Source of the DNA: Bdellovibrionales bacterium | GTDB lineage: Bacteria > Bdellovibrionota > Bdellovibrionia > Bdellovibrionales > JAUICD01 | Assembly (NCBI GenBank): GCA_965262715.1 | Contig: OZ253553.1 | Span: 1,792,001-1,856,000, forward strand | Length of the DNA stretch: 64,000 bases | Reading direction: 5' to 3' | Part shown: positions 1 through 9,765 of the stretch, piece after piece | Numbering within the stretch: position 1 is the stretch's first letter | Layout of the letters: the number at the start of each line of letters is the position of its first letter | Made by a program: the position numbers and the translations under genes | The notes under the pieces: generated by a model | The model's input: only the letters and a program-made list of their open reading frames with translations | Database searches by the model: none | Told to the model about the DNA's origin: nothing

Positions 1-2
1 AC

Positions 3-338
3 ATTGTAACAAGTGATGGGCTTGTTACAGCTTTAAATGTTCTCAAAATAATGAAAGACAAAAATAAGCGATTAAGTCAGCTTAAATTATTTCAAGATAT
101 GCCCCATGTTTTATACAATTTACGTGTATCTATAAAGAAGGAATTAGAAACAATAAAGGGATATCAAGATGTAATACAATCTGTGAAAAAGCAAATAGAA
201 CCTAATGGAAAAGTTTTTGTAAGATTTTCTGGAACAGAACCACTTGTAAGAATATCACTACAAGGCACTTCTCAGGAAAAGTTACAGCTCTATGCTCGTC
301 AAATTGCAGATCATATTAGAAGCCATCTTAAAATATAG
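3..338 (+). CDS. glmM: Phosphoglucosamine mutase, C-terminal part (5' end outside window)
   Basis: Frame open from window start (..TSDGLVTAL..); C-terminal VRFSGTEPLVRI motif of phosphohexomutases. Confidence 0.85.
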   Translation: MVTSDGLVTALNVLKIMKDKNKRLSQLKLFQDMPHVLYNLRVSIKKELETIKGYQDVIQSVKKQIEPNGKVFVRFSGTEPLVRISLQGTSQEKLQLYARQIADHIRSHLKI

Positions 339-549
339 TTTTATATTTTGCAATTCTAGTTATGAACCTTGCTTCTTTTTGGTACACTTATTTGATAATG
401 TTGAGAAAGTATCTGTTTCTATTTTGAAAAGTATTGCAATGAATAAAATAAGAATAGATATGTTGTTATTCCAATAACATAATATACATAGTGCTTTTAT
501 GAGATATTAAGGTTAAAATATTCGACTTTTTTAATTTAGGTTATTTAAA

Positions 550-3500
550 ATGTTGAAAATAAGTCATCTTCATTCCTACTTAAATTTAGGAAATAGGTTT
601 TATATTTGTTCTTGTCAACGAGGATTCATGTTATTAGAGTCCCTTTTGATAGCTGTTTTTTTAGGAGCTATGGCAGTAGGTGTGACTTACTTTTTTACTC
701 AGAATAGAGTTACAATGAGTTCTTCTTCCCAAGTGATGGGATGTCAGACTATTGTAAAGCAAGCTTTAGAAAGAACAGTATCTTTAGGAACCCGTTTATA
801 TGGATATAAGATTAATAATAATGAGCCTGATTTGCAATACAGTCCACTTTTCATTAAAGGGAGTGGTAGTCATATATCAGATGTAGGTGATGGGAGTTAT
901 TTAGGAAGAGGAGCTTCTAAATTTCCTCCAAAAATGTACACAGATTTGTTTACCAATCTTGTTGGTGTAGCTACACCTTCATCAAGGGCAGGTCCTTTAA
1001 ATAGTGCATTAAATCCAGAGAAGAATTCACAAATACCTATTATTAGAAACCCATTAAGTCCGACAGATTTATTTGAGTTTGGAACATCTGCGCTTTTTAT
1101 TAACTCTGTAAATGCTTTGCAATATCTGTATAATGCTGATCCTGCATATTTTGATGTCAGGAACTCAAGTCACCCTGAGAGATGGTTAGGTAAGAAGTAT
1201 GGATCTGATGTCATGTCTAATGGTTTAATATCAGAAGTATTAGGACGATATAAGAGGAAATTTAATTTAAAGAATGTAGAGCTTTATATAAGGATTGTTC
1301 CTATAGATTTAAATACAGATAAGCTTATTACATCTTATGGTGATATTAAGTGTCAGAAGACAACTTACAATGGGACGTCTTTTGATATTCAAGATTACAG
1401 CTGCCCTGTAGATTCAGGTCACATTTTGATTTTAAGTCGTCCTCATTTTTTAGTTTCAGACCCTAACTTGCAAGATCAAATATCTAGAGACTTGGTAGTT
1501 GTGGGTAATAAGAATATTGGATTTGAGATTAAGGTACATTTGAAGTATGAAAGTGGTGATGAACAGTTTTCTTGCAATGCTATGCATAGATTCAGTCATC
1601 AAAATAAGACGATTACAGGCAGACTGGCAGAGACGAGTCCACTTTCGGTGCAGGTGACTGGTTTAAGAAATGGAACTGGTAGAGACTTATTTAATTCTAA
1701 GTGGAAACAAACTTCTTGTGATCAATTCAATGGTGTCAATGAGCTTAATTATAAAAACATCACTTTAGATCTTGATTTTAATGGATTTAGGAGAAGTGGG
1801 AGTGGAGGAGAAGAATTTGGGACATTGATTTTATGTAAAGGTAAGATGGCTTGTAGAAGTGGTGGAGATGGTAGTTATCCGGGTTGTAGTGTGAAGGAAA
1901 CAGGTTGGCAGCGTTGTCATGAGCTAAAATTTCCAGAGCAAAATGGAGATACAAAAGCAGAACTCTTAGGTGATGATAAGTTAAAATTGACATTTAATGA
2001 TCTGACAGAAAATAGGAGATATGATCTTTCTATTACAGAGATTTCTATGTTGGAGTGGTCAAAGAGGTCTGTTGAATTGCAGCCTAATAAGAATCAGACC
2101 AATATTGGTATAGGTGGTATAAAAACAGTTCGATTCTATATTGATGCTTTAAGACCTCAAGCCGCTTCACATGAAATTCCAGATGGTGATGTAGGAGAGC
2201 CGAATGAAGGAGGAAGAGGAGGAAGAAACTATTTAGGTCCTTTAGCAGCTTGGCAAAAACCGTTAAATTCTTTACCGGATCAATGGTTACAATGCAATAC
2301 TTCGAATGTAAATTTTAATACGACAGTGTTAGATCAATTCACACATAATTTGAAGCCTTGTATTTATAAAGGTCAGCGGAAAGATGGACATGGTACAACA
2401 AATACAACGGGAGATATCACAAATCAAGTATTCAATCGTAATAAAGGTGAGTGTGTAGGAAGGCTCATGGGTATAGATCATGGCCGTCAGACAATTTCAG
2501 CTGAGCCTCGGGACACTTGTGGATTGGGACCAAAGAAAGACCTGGTATGGGACACAGATCTTCCTGGTACATTTATAGCGCAAGATGTAGGTAGTGAGTG
2601 GTTCTACAGCACTTCGAAAATACCTTATGCGATAAAGACGAAGGTCCCTTCTATTAATTCACAAGTAGCATTTCCTAAGCATTACAGTGTGGATTGTGTT
2701 GAGAGAGAGTATAGTTCAAATATAAGGACTGACGGGAATGGTGGAACAATATCATGTGAATTTGTAAATGGGAGTGCAAGTCGAGATGATGGCTGCAATC
2801 CAGAAAAAGCAGGTATCAAATATTACCATGTGTGTGGAGTGAGTCAATGTAAAGGGGGCGAGTGGGGTGTTTTTGCTGCTTATTCAAAGAGTTGTCAGAA
2901 TGTACAATGTGAGCCAGGCTTAATATGCTGTGATGGTTTTAAAGGAGAATGTGGTGGCGTTAGCAAAGCACAGTGCGCAAGGAACACTTATTCTCCATCT
3001 TGTAGTGATCCTAAAGGAGGTGGCAGAGCTCAACAAGACAATCAATCAGGTTGTCCACCATTAGGACTTTATAATTGTAGTTATGAGATTCCATGTTATG
3101 CTACAAGGCCTTATCCAAAGATTGAGGCTTGTTCGAGCTGTATTGGTAAGAGAAATCGAAATAGTTGCAGTTTCAAAAGAAAATTTATATGCCAGGTACA
3201 AGGCTCACGTGTTCGTTCTGACAATAATTTTACTGGAATATGTATGACAGATGGAGCTCAAAGGCTTACGTGCAATAATATCAAAAGCCGATGTTCAAGT
3301 TGGGAGGCCTATTCAGTTACAAAGCAATGTAAAGGGGGCACTTCTTGTAATGAGACTCATTACCGTTGCAATCAATACACAGCATCAGATGGGATTTGTG
3401 AGGTGACATTTAGTGGGAGATGTGGTTCAGCCACAAAAGGAAGTTGTGTTAGGTTAGGAGTGGGTGGAGGCAACACTTCACAAGATAAGTGTGATGTAAG

Positions 3501-3921
3501 GTCTCCTACATGTTCTTCTTATACAAAACTGGGAAGAACAGGGCCTTCGAATTCTACGAATTCTCTTACTTGTAATACGATTGTAAATAATCCTATACTT
3601 CCTCCTGAACCTCCTTTAGTGCGACCTCCTTCTATTATATCTTGTAATTGCTCAACGACTCCTACAATAACAACTATAACAACTCCTATAATTACAACAC
3701 CGACTGTAACTGCAACTACTTCTACAACGACTCCTACAAATCCTACAACAACACAACCAACTCCAGATCCACAATGCGGCGGTTCATCCCCTTCAATAGG
3801 TACTTGGTGTAATGTAGGTAGAGCTACAGATTGTCATTGCTCTACTAGTACTGCTTGCTCATATTTATGTAGTAGTGGTGGAAAGATCGTAAGTTGTTCT
3901 TGTTATGTTTCTGATAGGTAG
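550..3921 (+). CDS. Large Cys-rich protein with N-terminal type IV prepilin-like motif and Pro/Thr-rich linker
   Basis: QRG|FMLLE followed by a hydrophobic helix; many Cys in the C-terminal half; PPEPP and TTPT tracts. Confidence 0.6.
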   Translation: MLKISHLHSYLNLGNRFYICSCQRGFMLLESLLIAVFLGAMAVGVTYFFTQNRVTMSSSSQVMGCQTIVKQALERTVSLGTRLYGYKINNNEPDLQYSPLFIKGSGSHISDVGDGSYLGRGASKFPPKMYTDLFTNLVGVATPSSRAGPLNSALNPEKNSQIPIIRNPLSPTDLFEFGTSALFINSVNALQYLYNADPAYFDVRNSSHPERWLGKKYGSDVMSNGLISEVLGRYKRKFNLKNVELYIRIVPIDLNTDKLITSYGDIKCQKTTYNGTSFDIQDYSCPVDSGHILILSRPHFLVSDPNLQDQISRDLVVVGNKNIGFEIKVHLKYESGDEQFSCNAMHRFSHQNKTITGRLAETSPLSVQVTGLRNGTGRDLFNSKWKQTSCDQFNGVNELNYKNITLDLDFNGFRRSGSGGEEFGTLILCKGKMACRSGGDGSYPGCSVKETGWQRCHELKFPEQNGDTKAELLGDDKLKLTFNDLTENRRYDLSITEISMLEWSKRSVELQPNKNQTNIGIGGIKTVRFYIDALRPQAASHEIPDGDVGEPNEGGRGGRNYLGPLAAWQKPLNSLPDQWLQCNTSNVNFNTTVLDQFTHNLKPCIYKGQRKDGHGTTNTTGDITNQVFNRNKGECVGRLMGIDHGRQTISAEPRDTCGLGPKKDLVWDTDLPGTFIAQDVGSEWFYSTSKIPYAIKTKVPSINSQVAFPKHYSVDCVEREYSSNIRTDGNGGTISCEFVNGSASRDDGCNPEKAGIKYYHVCGVSQCKGGEWGVFAAYSKSCQNVQCEPGLICCDGFKGECGGVSKAQCARNTYSPSCSDPKGGGRAQQDNQSGCPPLGLYNCSYEIPCYATRPYPKIEACSSCIGKRNRNSCSFKRKFICQVQGSRVRSDNNFTGICMTDGAQRLTCNNIKSRCSSWEAYSVTKQCKGGTSCNETHYRCNQYTASDGICEVTFSGRCGSATKGSCVRLGVGGGNTSQDKCDVRSPTCSSYTKLGRTGPSNSTNSLTCNTIVNNPILPPEPPLVRPPSIISCNCSTTPTITTITTPIITTPTVTATTSTTTPTNPTTTQPTPDPQCGGSSPSIGTWCNVGRATDCHCSTSTACSYLCSSGGKIVSCSCYVSDR

Positions 3922-3931
3922 TGTAAAGTAT

Positions 3932-4199
3932 TAGGAGTGGTCTCAAAAATACTATATCTGCTATTTTATTTGAACTTACCTTAATGTAGTGATTTAGAGT
4001 TATAGCAGGCTTCTTCCATAAGCAAACAGGCAACCCCCGCACCCTGCATTCTTGTTATTTTATAATTTTATTATAGGACAAAGTACTTTTTAAAGGAACT
4101 TTATTTTTTAAGGCGCTGGCCTGAGCTTATTTCAGAAACCTGCTATAACTCTATCTCAACATTACAAAGTGCAAAACTTATTTTTGAGACTGCTTCTAG
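3932..4199 (+). mobile_element. MITE with TAG(G/A)AG(T/C)(G/A)GTCTCAAAAATA ends containing family-A hairpin core (3995-4153)
   Basis: Left taggagtggtctcaaaaata vs reverse complement of right end tagaagcagtctcaaaaata; internal agagttatagcagg...cctgctataactct stem. Confidence 0.7.
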
Positions 4200-4541
4200 T
4201 ACTACATTGGCAAGTTAATTCATTTATATCACAATATAGAGTTATTACACAAAACCTTGCTTTATAATAGCTATGACAGACTTTTGATCTAGCTCAGGCC
4301 AGTGCCTTATGGGATAAAAGTTTTCAAGACATCTTATTCTATAATAAAATCATAAATTTATATAGGTGCAAGGCACGGGGGTTGCCTGCTGCTAGTGAAG
4401 AAGCCTGTCATAGCTATTATATCATTAAATTGAATGGCTTTTGCAACAACAAATTCAAAAAAGTTATAAAAACAACAATTCCACAAATGCGTTTTTTTAT
4501 TAAGATTCATGACACTGGATAACTTGCCAATGTAGTACTAG
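4196..4541 (-). mobile_element. MITE with perfect 22-bp TIR CTAGTACTACATTGGCAAGTTA (IS701-like CTAG ends) containing family-A core (4263-4421)
   Basis: 4196-4217 is the exact reverse complement of 4520-4541; family assignment inferred from CTAG-TAC termini. Confidence 0.7.
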
Positions 4542-4611
4542 TTAAATTTTTTTTCCGGGAAACATATATGGATCTGTCCGATAAGCAAGTAAAAAATACA
4601 CTATTGCAAAC

Positions 4612-5553
4612 TTAAAGACCTAATTTATTTTTTCGTTCATCTAAAAGGTGAATGTATTTTTTCTTAAGTTCCTCTGATAAAAAAGAACTATTTATAAGTT
4701 CTTTCCATTGGCTGACTTGATTTGAAAATTGACTAAGCACCTCATCTATGACCTTAGAGGTTAAATTCAATTTTTCCACACCATAATATGTAGTTAAATC
4801 CTCTTTCGTTAGACCGCGTCTTTTACTATTTAAAGGAAGAGCAATCTCTTCTAAGTTAGAAAGATCAACTATTGTAGAGTTGATTAAGTTATAAACAGGA
4901 CTTAACATCACAACACTATTGATAGTGATAAGAGAAAAGTTTTTTAGATGCATATCTTGATGACCGGTCAGGTAAATAAAAATAGTTCTTTTAAAAAGCT
5001 CTTTCTTTTCAACAGTTGGAAAAGCGCAATATTGCTCAATTGTCTTTGCCACTTTTTCCATAGAAGAATCGTATTTACCTTCTCTCGTCTTTCCTTGCAA
5101 CTGCGCGAAGTTTTCTAAAGGGATTTTGTAAGGATAATCTCCTCTATCAAATCTTCTAATGAAATAAAAAAAATAATCACCTTTGCAATATAAAAGTCCA
5201 TGCTTTGGTGTTTCTATACCAACACGATCAGCTAATTTCATTGTTAAGTCTTCGTTTTCGGGCATCTGTGGCCAGTTAGGGCTCTGTGGTTTAAGTATGT
5301 ATTTCCCACCTGGCATTGTAATTTCAAATTTCTTTTCATCTTTATTAAGATTAATAAGTAATTTAGGATTCTCTCCGGAGATGGATATTCTTGTTTCAGG
5401 TTTTGTAATTTTATCTAGTAATTCATCTTGTGTGTATTCAAACTTTTTTAATGTATCTAATTTTTTATCTAAGTGATGTAATCCTTTTAGGGAATAAGGA
5501 GATGAAGTCTTTTGATGAGAATCTACATTTTCATAAGTGATAGGACATTTCAT
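4612..5553 (-). CDS. HipA/HipT-family kinase domain protein
   Basis: SISGENPK, YILKP, ENEDLTM, RRFDR, DMHLKNFS motifs. Confidence 0.85.
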   Translation of the reverse strand: MKCPITYENVDSHQKTSSPYSLKGLHHLDKKLDTLKKFEYTQDELLDKITKPETRISISGENPKLLINLNKDEKKFEITMPGGKYILKPQSPNWPQMPENEDLTMKLADRVGIETPKHGLLYCKGDYFFYFIRRFDRGDYPYKIPLENFAQLQGKTREGKYDSSMEKVAKTIEQYCAFPTVEKKELFKRTIFIYLTGHQDMHLKNFSLITINSVVMLSPVYNLINSTIVDLSNLEEIALPLNSKRRGLTKEDLTTYYGVEKLNLTSKVIDEVLSQFSNQVSQWKELINSSFLSEELKKKYIHLLDERKNKLGL

Positions 5554-5569
5554 AAATACCTCAATAGGG

Positions 5570-5932
5570 CTAAGCAGCGGATAAGGAAGAAGGTTTTATT
5601 GTCACAGCACCTATGATATCTTCTCCCATAGCTACCAATTGGCCAAGGTAATCTGTTAAACTAAGTTTGTGTTTTTTGAGCAGTATTTCTAATTGTCGTC
5701 CTTCTGGCAAAAGCCCTTCAAAAAAAGGAGGGAAGTTTTTATAAATGTAAGTTTTTCTCAATGTTGGCATAGCTAATGATATTTTTGAACCTTTATAATT
5801 TTGATCATACTTGAATTCATAAAGGCTATCATCTTTTTTTGTTAAGATACCAGCATAGCTTCCTTGAAAATAAACTTCTACAAATGATGGTGGAGTTGTA
5901 TTCTTCATTTTTTTCATTTTTAACTCACTCAT
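5570..5932 (-). CDS. HipA N-terminal domain protein (couple_hipA / HipS-like)
   Basis: AGIL..YEFKYD..ISLAMP..FPPFFEGLLPEG..DIIGAV pattern; directly upstream of the HipA kinase. Confidence 0.85.
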   Translation of the reverse strand: MSELKMKKMKNTTPPSFVEVYFQGSYAGILTKKDDSLYEFKYDQNYKGSKISLAMPTLRKTYIYKNFPPFFEGLLPEGRQLEILLKKHKLSLTDYLGQLVAMGEDIIGAVTIKPSSLSAA

Positions 5933-6316
5933 AAAGCACTAAAAAAAGAAACAAAAGTGTGTAAAAGATAATAAGTTAAGAGGCTTTTATAGCAAAGCCA
6001 TATCATCTACTAGTACTTACTATTTTAATATGAAATGTCTTTTATAACAAGTAGTTTAAAGCAAAAAGATAAATAACAAGTTTCATTGAAAAACTATCGT
6101 TAAATACTGCTTACATAAAAAATTAATATTTTAAATTTTGGAGTAACACAAACTATATACACTCAAATTGATACAATAGCCTTCTATGAAATTAACCAGT
6201 GAACTTATTCATCACTATCACTGGCATATTCTTTATCTGAAAAAAACAGTGCTTTATTTACTAAAAAGCTCCAAAAAAGAAGACCTTGTCTTCTATCATA
6301 CTTAAGGAAACTTACG

Positions 6317-6392
6317 ACCTTGTTGCACAAACATCGATTGTAACTTCTTATATATACTAAGATTTGCAACAGGCTTATTCACTAGCAGCAGA
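6317..6392 (+). repeat. Truncated IS903-type end plus 5' fragment of family-A core
   Basis: gaccttgttgcacaaa resembles the IS5 TIR at 59229; caggcttattcactagcagcag matches the start of the A core. Confidence 0.45.
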
Positions 6393-6500
6393 GTGTCTCT
6401 GTGTCATATATTACTGTGGTTTTATTATCTGAAAGAAGATATCAAAATCTAAAATTCAGGCTAAGTTGAAATAGAAATCACCATGGTTGTCTTTGAAAGA

Positions 6501-9185
6501 TCACAAAACTTCTTGAGCTATTTCTGATAGAATATCTTCTGCAGCTCTGATAACAGAATCTTTATCAATTCCATGATACTTATAAATATCACTTGGTTTG
6601 CCGCATTTGGAATGCTTTCTCACAGCAAGAGCCTTTTGCTGAACACCTAATATAGATCCAATATTATCTAATAAACCAGGCTCTCCATCATGCACACTTA
6701 CAACTGGGATACGGGTTATTAAATCCACAGATGTGATTTGGTTACACTTAAAAAGAGTATCACATTGTAAATGCTTTTTAAGGTGATAATAGTTATCTGC
6801 AAAACCTAAATGGCCAATAAGTAGATCTGGGCTGGTAACAACAATAACATTGGCATAAATACCTTTTTCCAGTAGGGCATCTGACGCGCAAATGGCTTCG
6901 GTTGTGGGAGAGCCCATCGCAAAAATATTCACTACGTTATCTCCCGGTTCATAACCGATATACTCGCGGTAATCTATGAGATAATATCCTCCTTTTAAAA
7001 CTTCATATCGAATTTTTTGAAGGATTTCATTTTCTGATAAAGTATCAAGTGTTTTTTCATCAATAGCTCCTTTTGTAGATAGATGATGTGGGTGTAGAGG
7101 CTTTGAAGTTTTATCTATTTTAAAGCGGTGTTGCATTTTGAGACGGTTTAAAAATTGTTTTTGGTCAAACCCTCTGGTTGTTGCACGAATGAGAACACCT
7201 GTCCTTTGCGCTTCATTATTATTTTCATCATTAAGGAAATGTCTTTTAAGAGCATCTACAAATATCCAATCAAGTTCTTGGCAGAAAAAAGGCTCCCATG
7301 TAATCTGATGAGGTATTTGAAAATCTGACTTCCAACCATGTTGTGCCCCTTCAGCAGATAAGGTGATTCCTGAAGGTGTACCAAATAAGACAAAACTTGA
7401 ATCCCAATACAAATTATAAAAATATTGATCTAATGCCCTTTTGATAAAAAAGTCATAGACTGTCATTAAAGGCATTAAAGGGATGCCTAAAAGATCTTTT
7501 ATTTTTCCAAAAGCTCCCATACAAGACATGCTATTGGCTTCTGTAATTTCAAATCTAAAAAATCTATTTTCGGTTGTTCTTTGAGGAAGTAATGTTGGGG
7601 ATTTCTTATCTTTTACATTCAGATTTGATTCATAATCTGGAATACTTATCTCTCCAAAAATCTTTTTATCCATTGTGTATTGAAGGTTTGTGGAGGTGCC
7701 TACATCGGGAGACATTAAAGTGATGAGCTGACTTAAGGCTTGAAAGGCTTTTTCTGTAGGGCTTTTATATTCATTGGCTATACGAGTAAGTTTTGCAGCC
7801 AATTGGCCAAGCATCCATTGTGTATGGGGATAATTGACCATTTTTAAATTAATATCTAAAGTGTCTGGAACTTGGGAGAGGTTGTTTTGAAAAATGGATT
7901 GATTATGTTTTTTAATAGATTGTTTTTCTGTAAACTGTGCAAATAGATCATCTCCACGTTTTTTAAGAAACTGTCCTTCTAAAGAAGACCTAGAAAATCT
8001 CTCAAATGGATGTTCTAAGGAAAGTCCATGCTTTTGTGTCAGTTCTATTATTTCCTGTTTATCTGGCAGGGCATTGTGATTTGATGACTGCGCTGCAGAT
8101 TTTAACCCAAAACCTTTAATTGTGTGAGCTATAATAAGGCAGGGCCTTTTAAATGTTTTGCTTTTTTGGAGTGCTGGAATTAACTCTTGATAATCATGAC
8201 CGCCTAAATCTTGCAAACCAAGATGCAGTTCTTTATCAGTAACTTTTTTTAGAAAATTATCGATTTTAGGATCTACTTTAAGAAGTTCTTTTCTTACCAA
8301 ATCAGGATCTTTGCTAAGCAAAAGGGCTTGTAATTGAAGATCTTCAAGTTTATTTTCTAAAATATCTTGAAAAACTCTACCCCCATCTTTTTGAAAAAGC
8401 TGTTTTCGAAGATGTCCATGTTGAACTGAAATAACATCCCAACCATTGGCCATAGCTGTTTTTGCAATTCGATGATAATCATGGCCTCCTATAACATCGG
8501 TGTTAGTAATTCTTTGTCCATCCAGGCTCTGCCTGTTGTAGTCAATGATCCAAGTGAGATTACTAATTTGTCTTTCTGCAAAGTCGGGTATAGCCTCAAA
8601 CAGAGACCCTTCTCTAAACTCAGAGTCTCCAATCAATGCCCAAAAGTGGGCAGATTCTGGAACTTTAAAACCTTCTATTTGCTGAACATAATCATGAGCC
8701 AGCGCTAAATAACCTAAGTTGACAGGAGGAATCCCAACTGTTCCTGATGGAAGATAACCCTCATGATCAGGATCATACTTTGAATGATAAGATTGAAATA
8801 CGGGTTCACCTTCTTTAGAAAAAGCTCTAAGTCCATACATAGCTTTTTCGCACAAATCTTCACTCATGCGGTTTTTATCTTTATTTAAAAAAAGATCTAA
8901 TAGGTAATTAAAAGCATGATCTGTAGGTGATGTGTGAGGCTTAATAGCCATATAATCAAATCCTGATTTAACCATTAAATGCAAAGCGCCTAAAATATGA
9001 AGACTGCTTGCAGAGGCTGTAGGATGACCACCTACTTTTGGATCCCCTTTTTCTTGATCGTCTCGGTGATTTGCTAAGTAAATCATCATAGTTGCAAAGT
9101 AATGCGCTCTTTTTGTAATAGAGTTAAGTGTATTTAGAGTATTCGCACTTAGGTTGTTTGTTTGACTTTGACCTGTTTTGATCAC
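6501..9185 (-). CDS. aceE: Pyruvate dehydrogenase E1 component (homodimeric AceE type)
   Basis: KVGGHP, KPHTSP, GDSEF.EG TPP motif, DYNRQSLD, EITEANSM, EGAQH. Confidence 0.85.
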   Translation of the reverse strand: MIKTGQSQTNNLSANTLNTLNSITKRAHYFATMMIYLANHRDDQEKGDPKVGGHPTASASSLHILGALHLMVKSGFDYMAIKPHTSPTDHAFNYLLDLFLNKDKNRMSEDLCEKAMYGLRAFSKEGEPVFQSYHSKYDPDHEGYLPSGTVGIPPVNLGYLALAHDYVQQIEGFKVPESAHFWALIGDSEFREGSLFEAIPDFAERQISNLTWIIDYNRQSLDGQRITNTDVIGGHDYHRIAKTAMANGWDVISVQHGHLRKQLFQKDGGRVFQDILENKLEDLQLQALLLSKDPDLVRKELLKVDPKIDNFLKKVTDKELHLGLQDLGGHDYQELIPALQKSKTFKRPCLIIAHTIKGFGLKSAAQSSNHNALPDKQEIIELTQKHGLSLEHPFERFSRSSLEGQFLKKRGDDLFAQFTEKQSIKKHNQSIFQNNLSQVPDTLDINLKMVNYPHTQWMLGQLAAKLTRIANEYKSPTEKAFQALSQLITLMSPDVGTSTNLQYTMDKKIFGEISIPDYESNLNVKDKKSPTLLPQRTTENRFFRFEITEANSMSCMGAFGKIKDLLGIPLMPLMTVYDFFIKRALDQYFYNLYWDSSFVLFGTPSGITLSAEGAQHGWKSDFQIPHQITWEPFFCQELDWIFVDALKRHFLNDENNNEAQRTGVLIRATTRGFDQKQFLNRLKMQHRFKIDKTSKPLHPHHLSTKGAIDEKTLDTLSENEILQKIRYEVLKGGYYLIDYREYIGYEPGDNVVNIFAMGSPTTEAICASDALLEKGIYANVIVVTSPDLLIGHLGFADNYYHLKKHLQCDTLFKCNQITSVDLITRIPVVSVHDGEPGLLDNIGSILGVQQKALAVRKHSKCGKPSDIYKYHGIDKDSVIRAAEDILSEIAQEVL

Positions 9186-9198
9186 AAAAACTCCTTTT

Positions 9199-9409
9199 GG
9201 CTTTATTGCATAATTGATTCAACTTAACAATAGCTATGACAGGCTTCTTCACTAGTAGCAGGCAACCCCCGTGCCTTGCATTGCTGTAATTTTAAGATTT
9301 TCTTATAGAATAAAATATTTTTAAAATTATTGTTTCTTAAGGCACTGGCCTGAGCTAGATCAGAAGCCTGTCATAGCTCTTACATTTTAGTGTTTTTTGC
9401 GACAAGACC
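9199..9409 (+). mobile_element. IS903-type MITE containing family-A core (9232-9378), 9-bp TSD
   Basis: Ends ggctttattgca / tgcgacaagacc resemble IS5 TIRs at 59229/60544; flanks actcctttt (9190-9198) and actcctttc (9410-9418). Confidence 0.8.
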
Positions 9410-9463
9410 ACTCCTTTCTGTCTTAAATAGATCAACATCTAGTTATTTGTATTTATCAAGGAT

Positions 9464-9545
9464 TCTGGCAAATGTTTGCTGGCAACTGTTGACGGGAACT
9501 GATTGCCCGACTGCCGGTTTCCCGGATTGCCCGATTCCCGGAAAA
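9464..9545 (+). repeat. GC-rich family-C repeat (8-nt units such as TTGCCCGA/TTCCCGGA, ending CCCGGAAAA)
   Basis: Related copy at 12030-12150 and a short reverse fragment near 4547-4582. Confidence 0.6.
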
Positions 9546-9765
9546 GATAAATTACCTCTTAATTTATATCATATTAAAAAATTCTTCACTTTTTACTTTC
9601 TGTTTTCACCTCTTATTTTAAGAGTGTATCATTTTAAACTATTTATTAGCTCTTATCAAGCAGTATTCTTATCGGTTGACTTAACAGTGAATCTTAGGTT
9701 TTAGGACTCTGTTTTAAATAGGTACAATATTGACTTTTTGCTCTTTTGTAGGCTAAGATTGGAAC

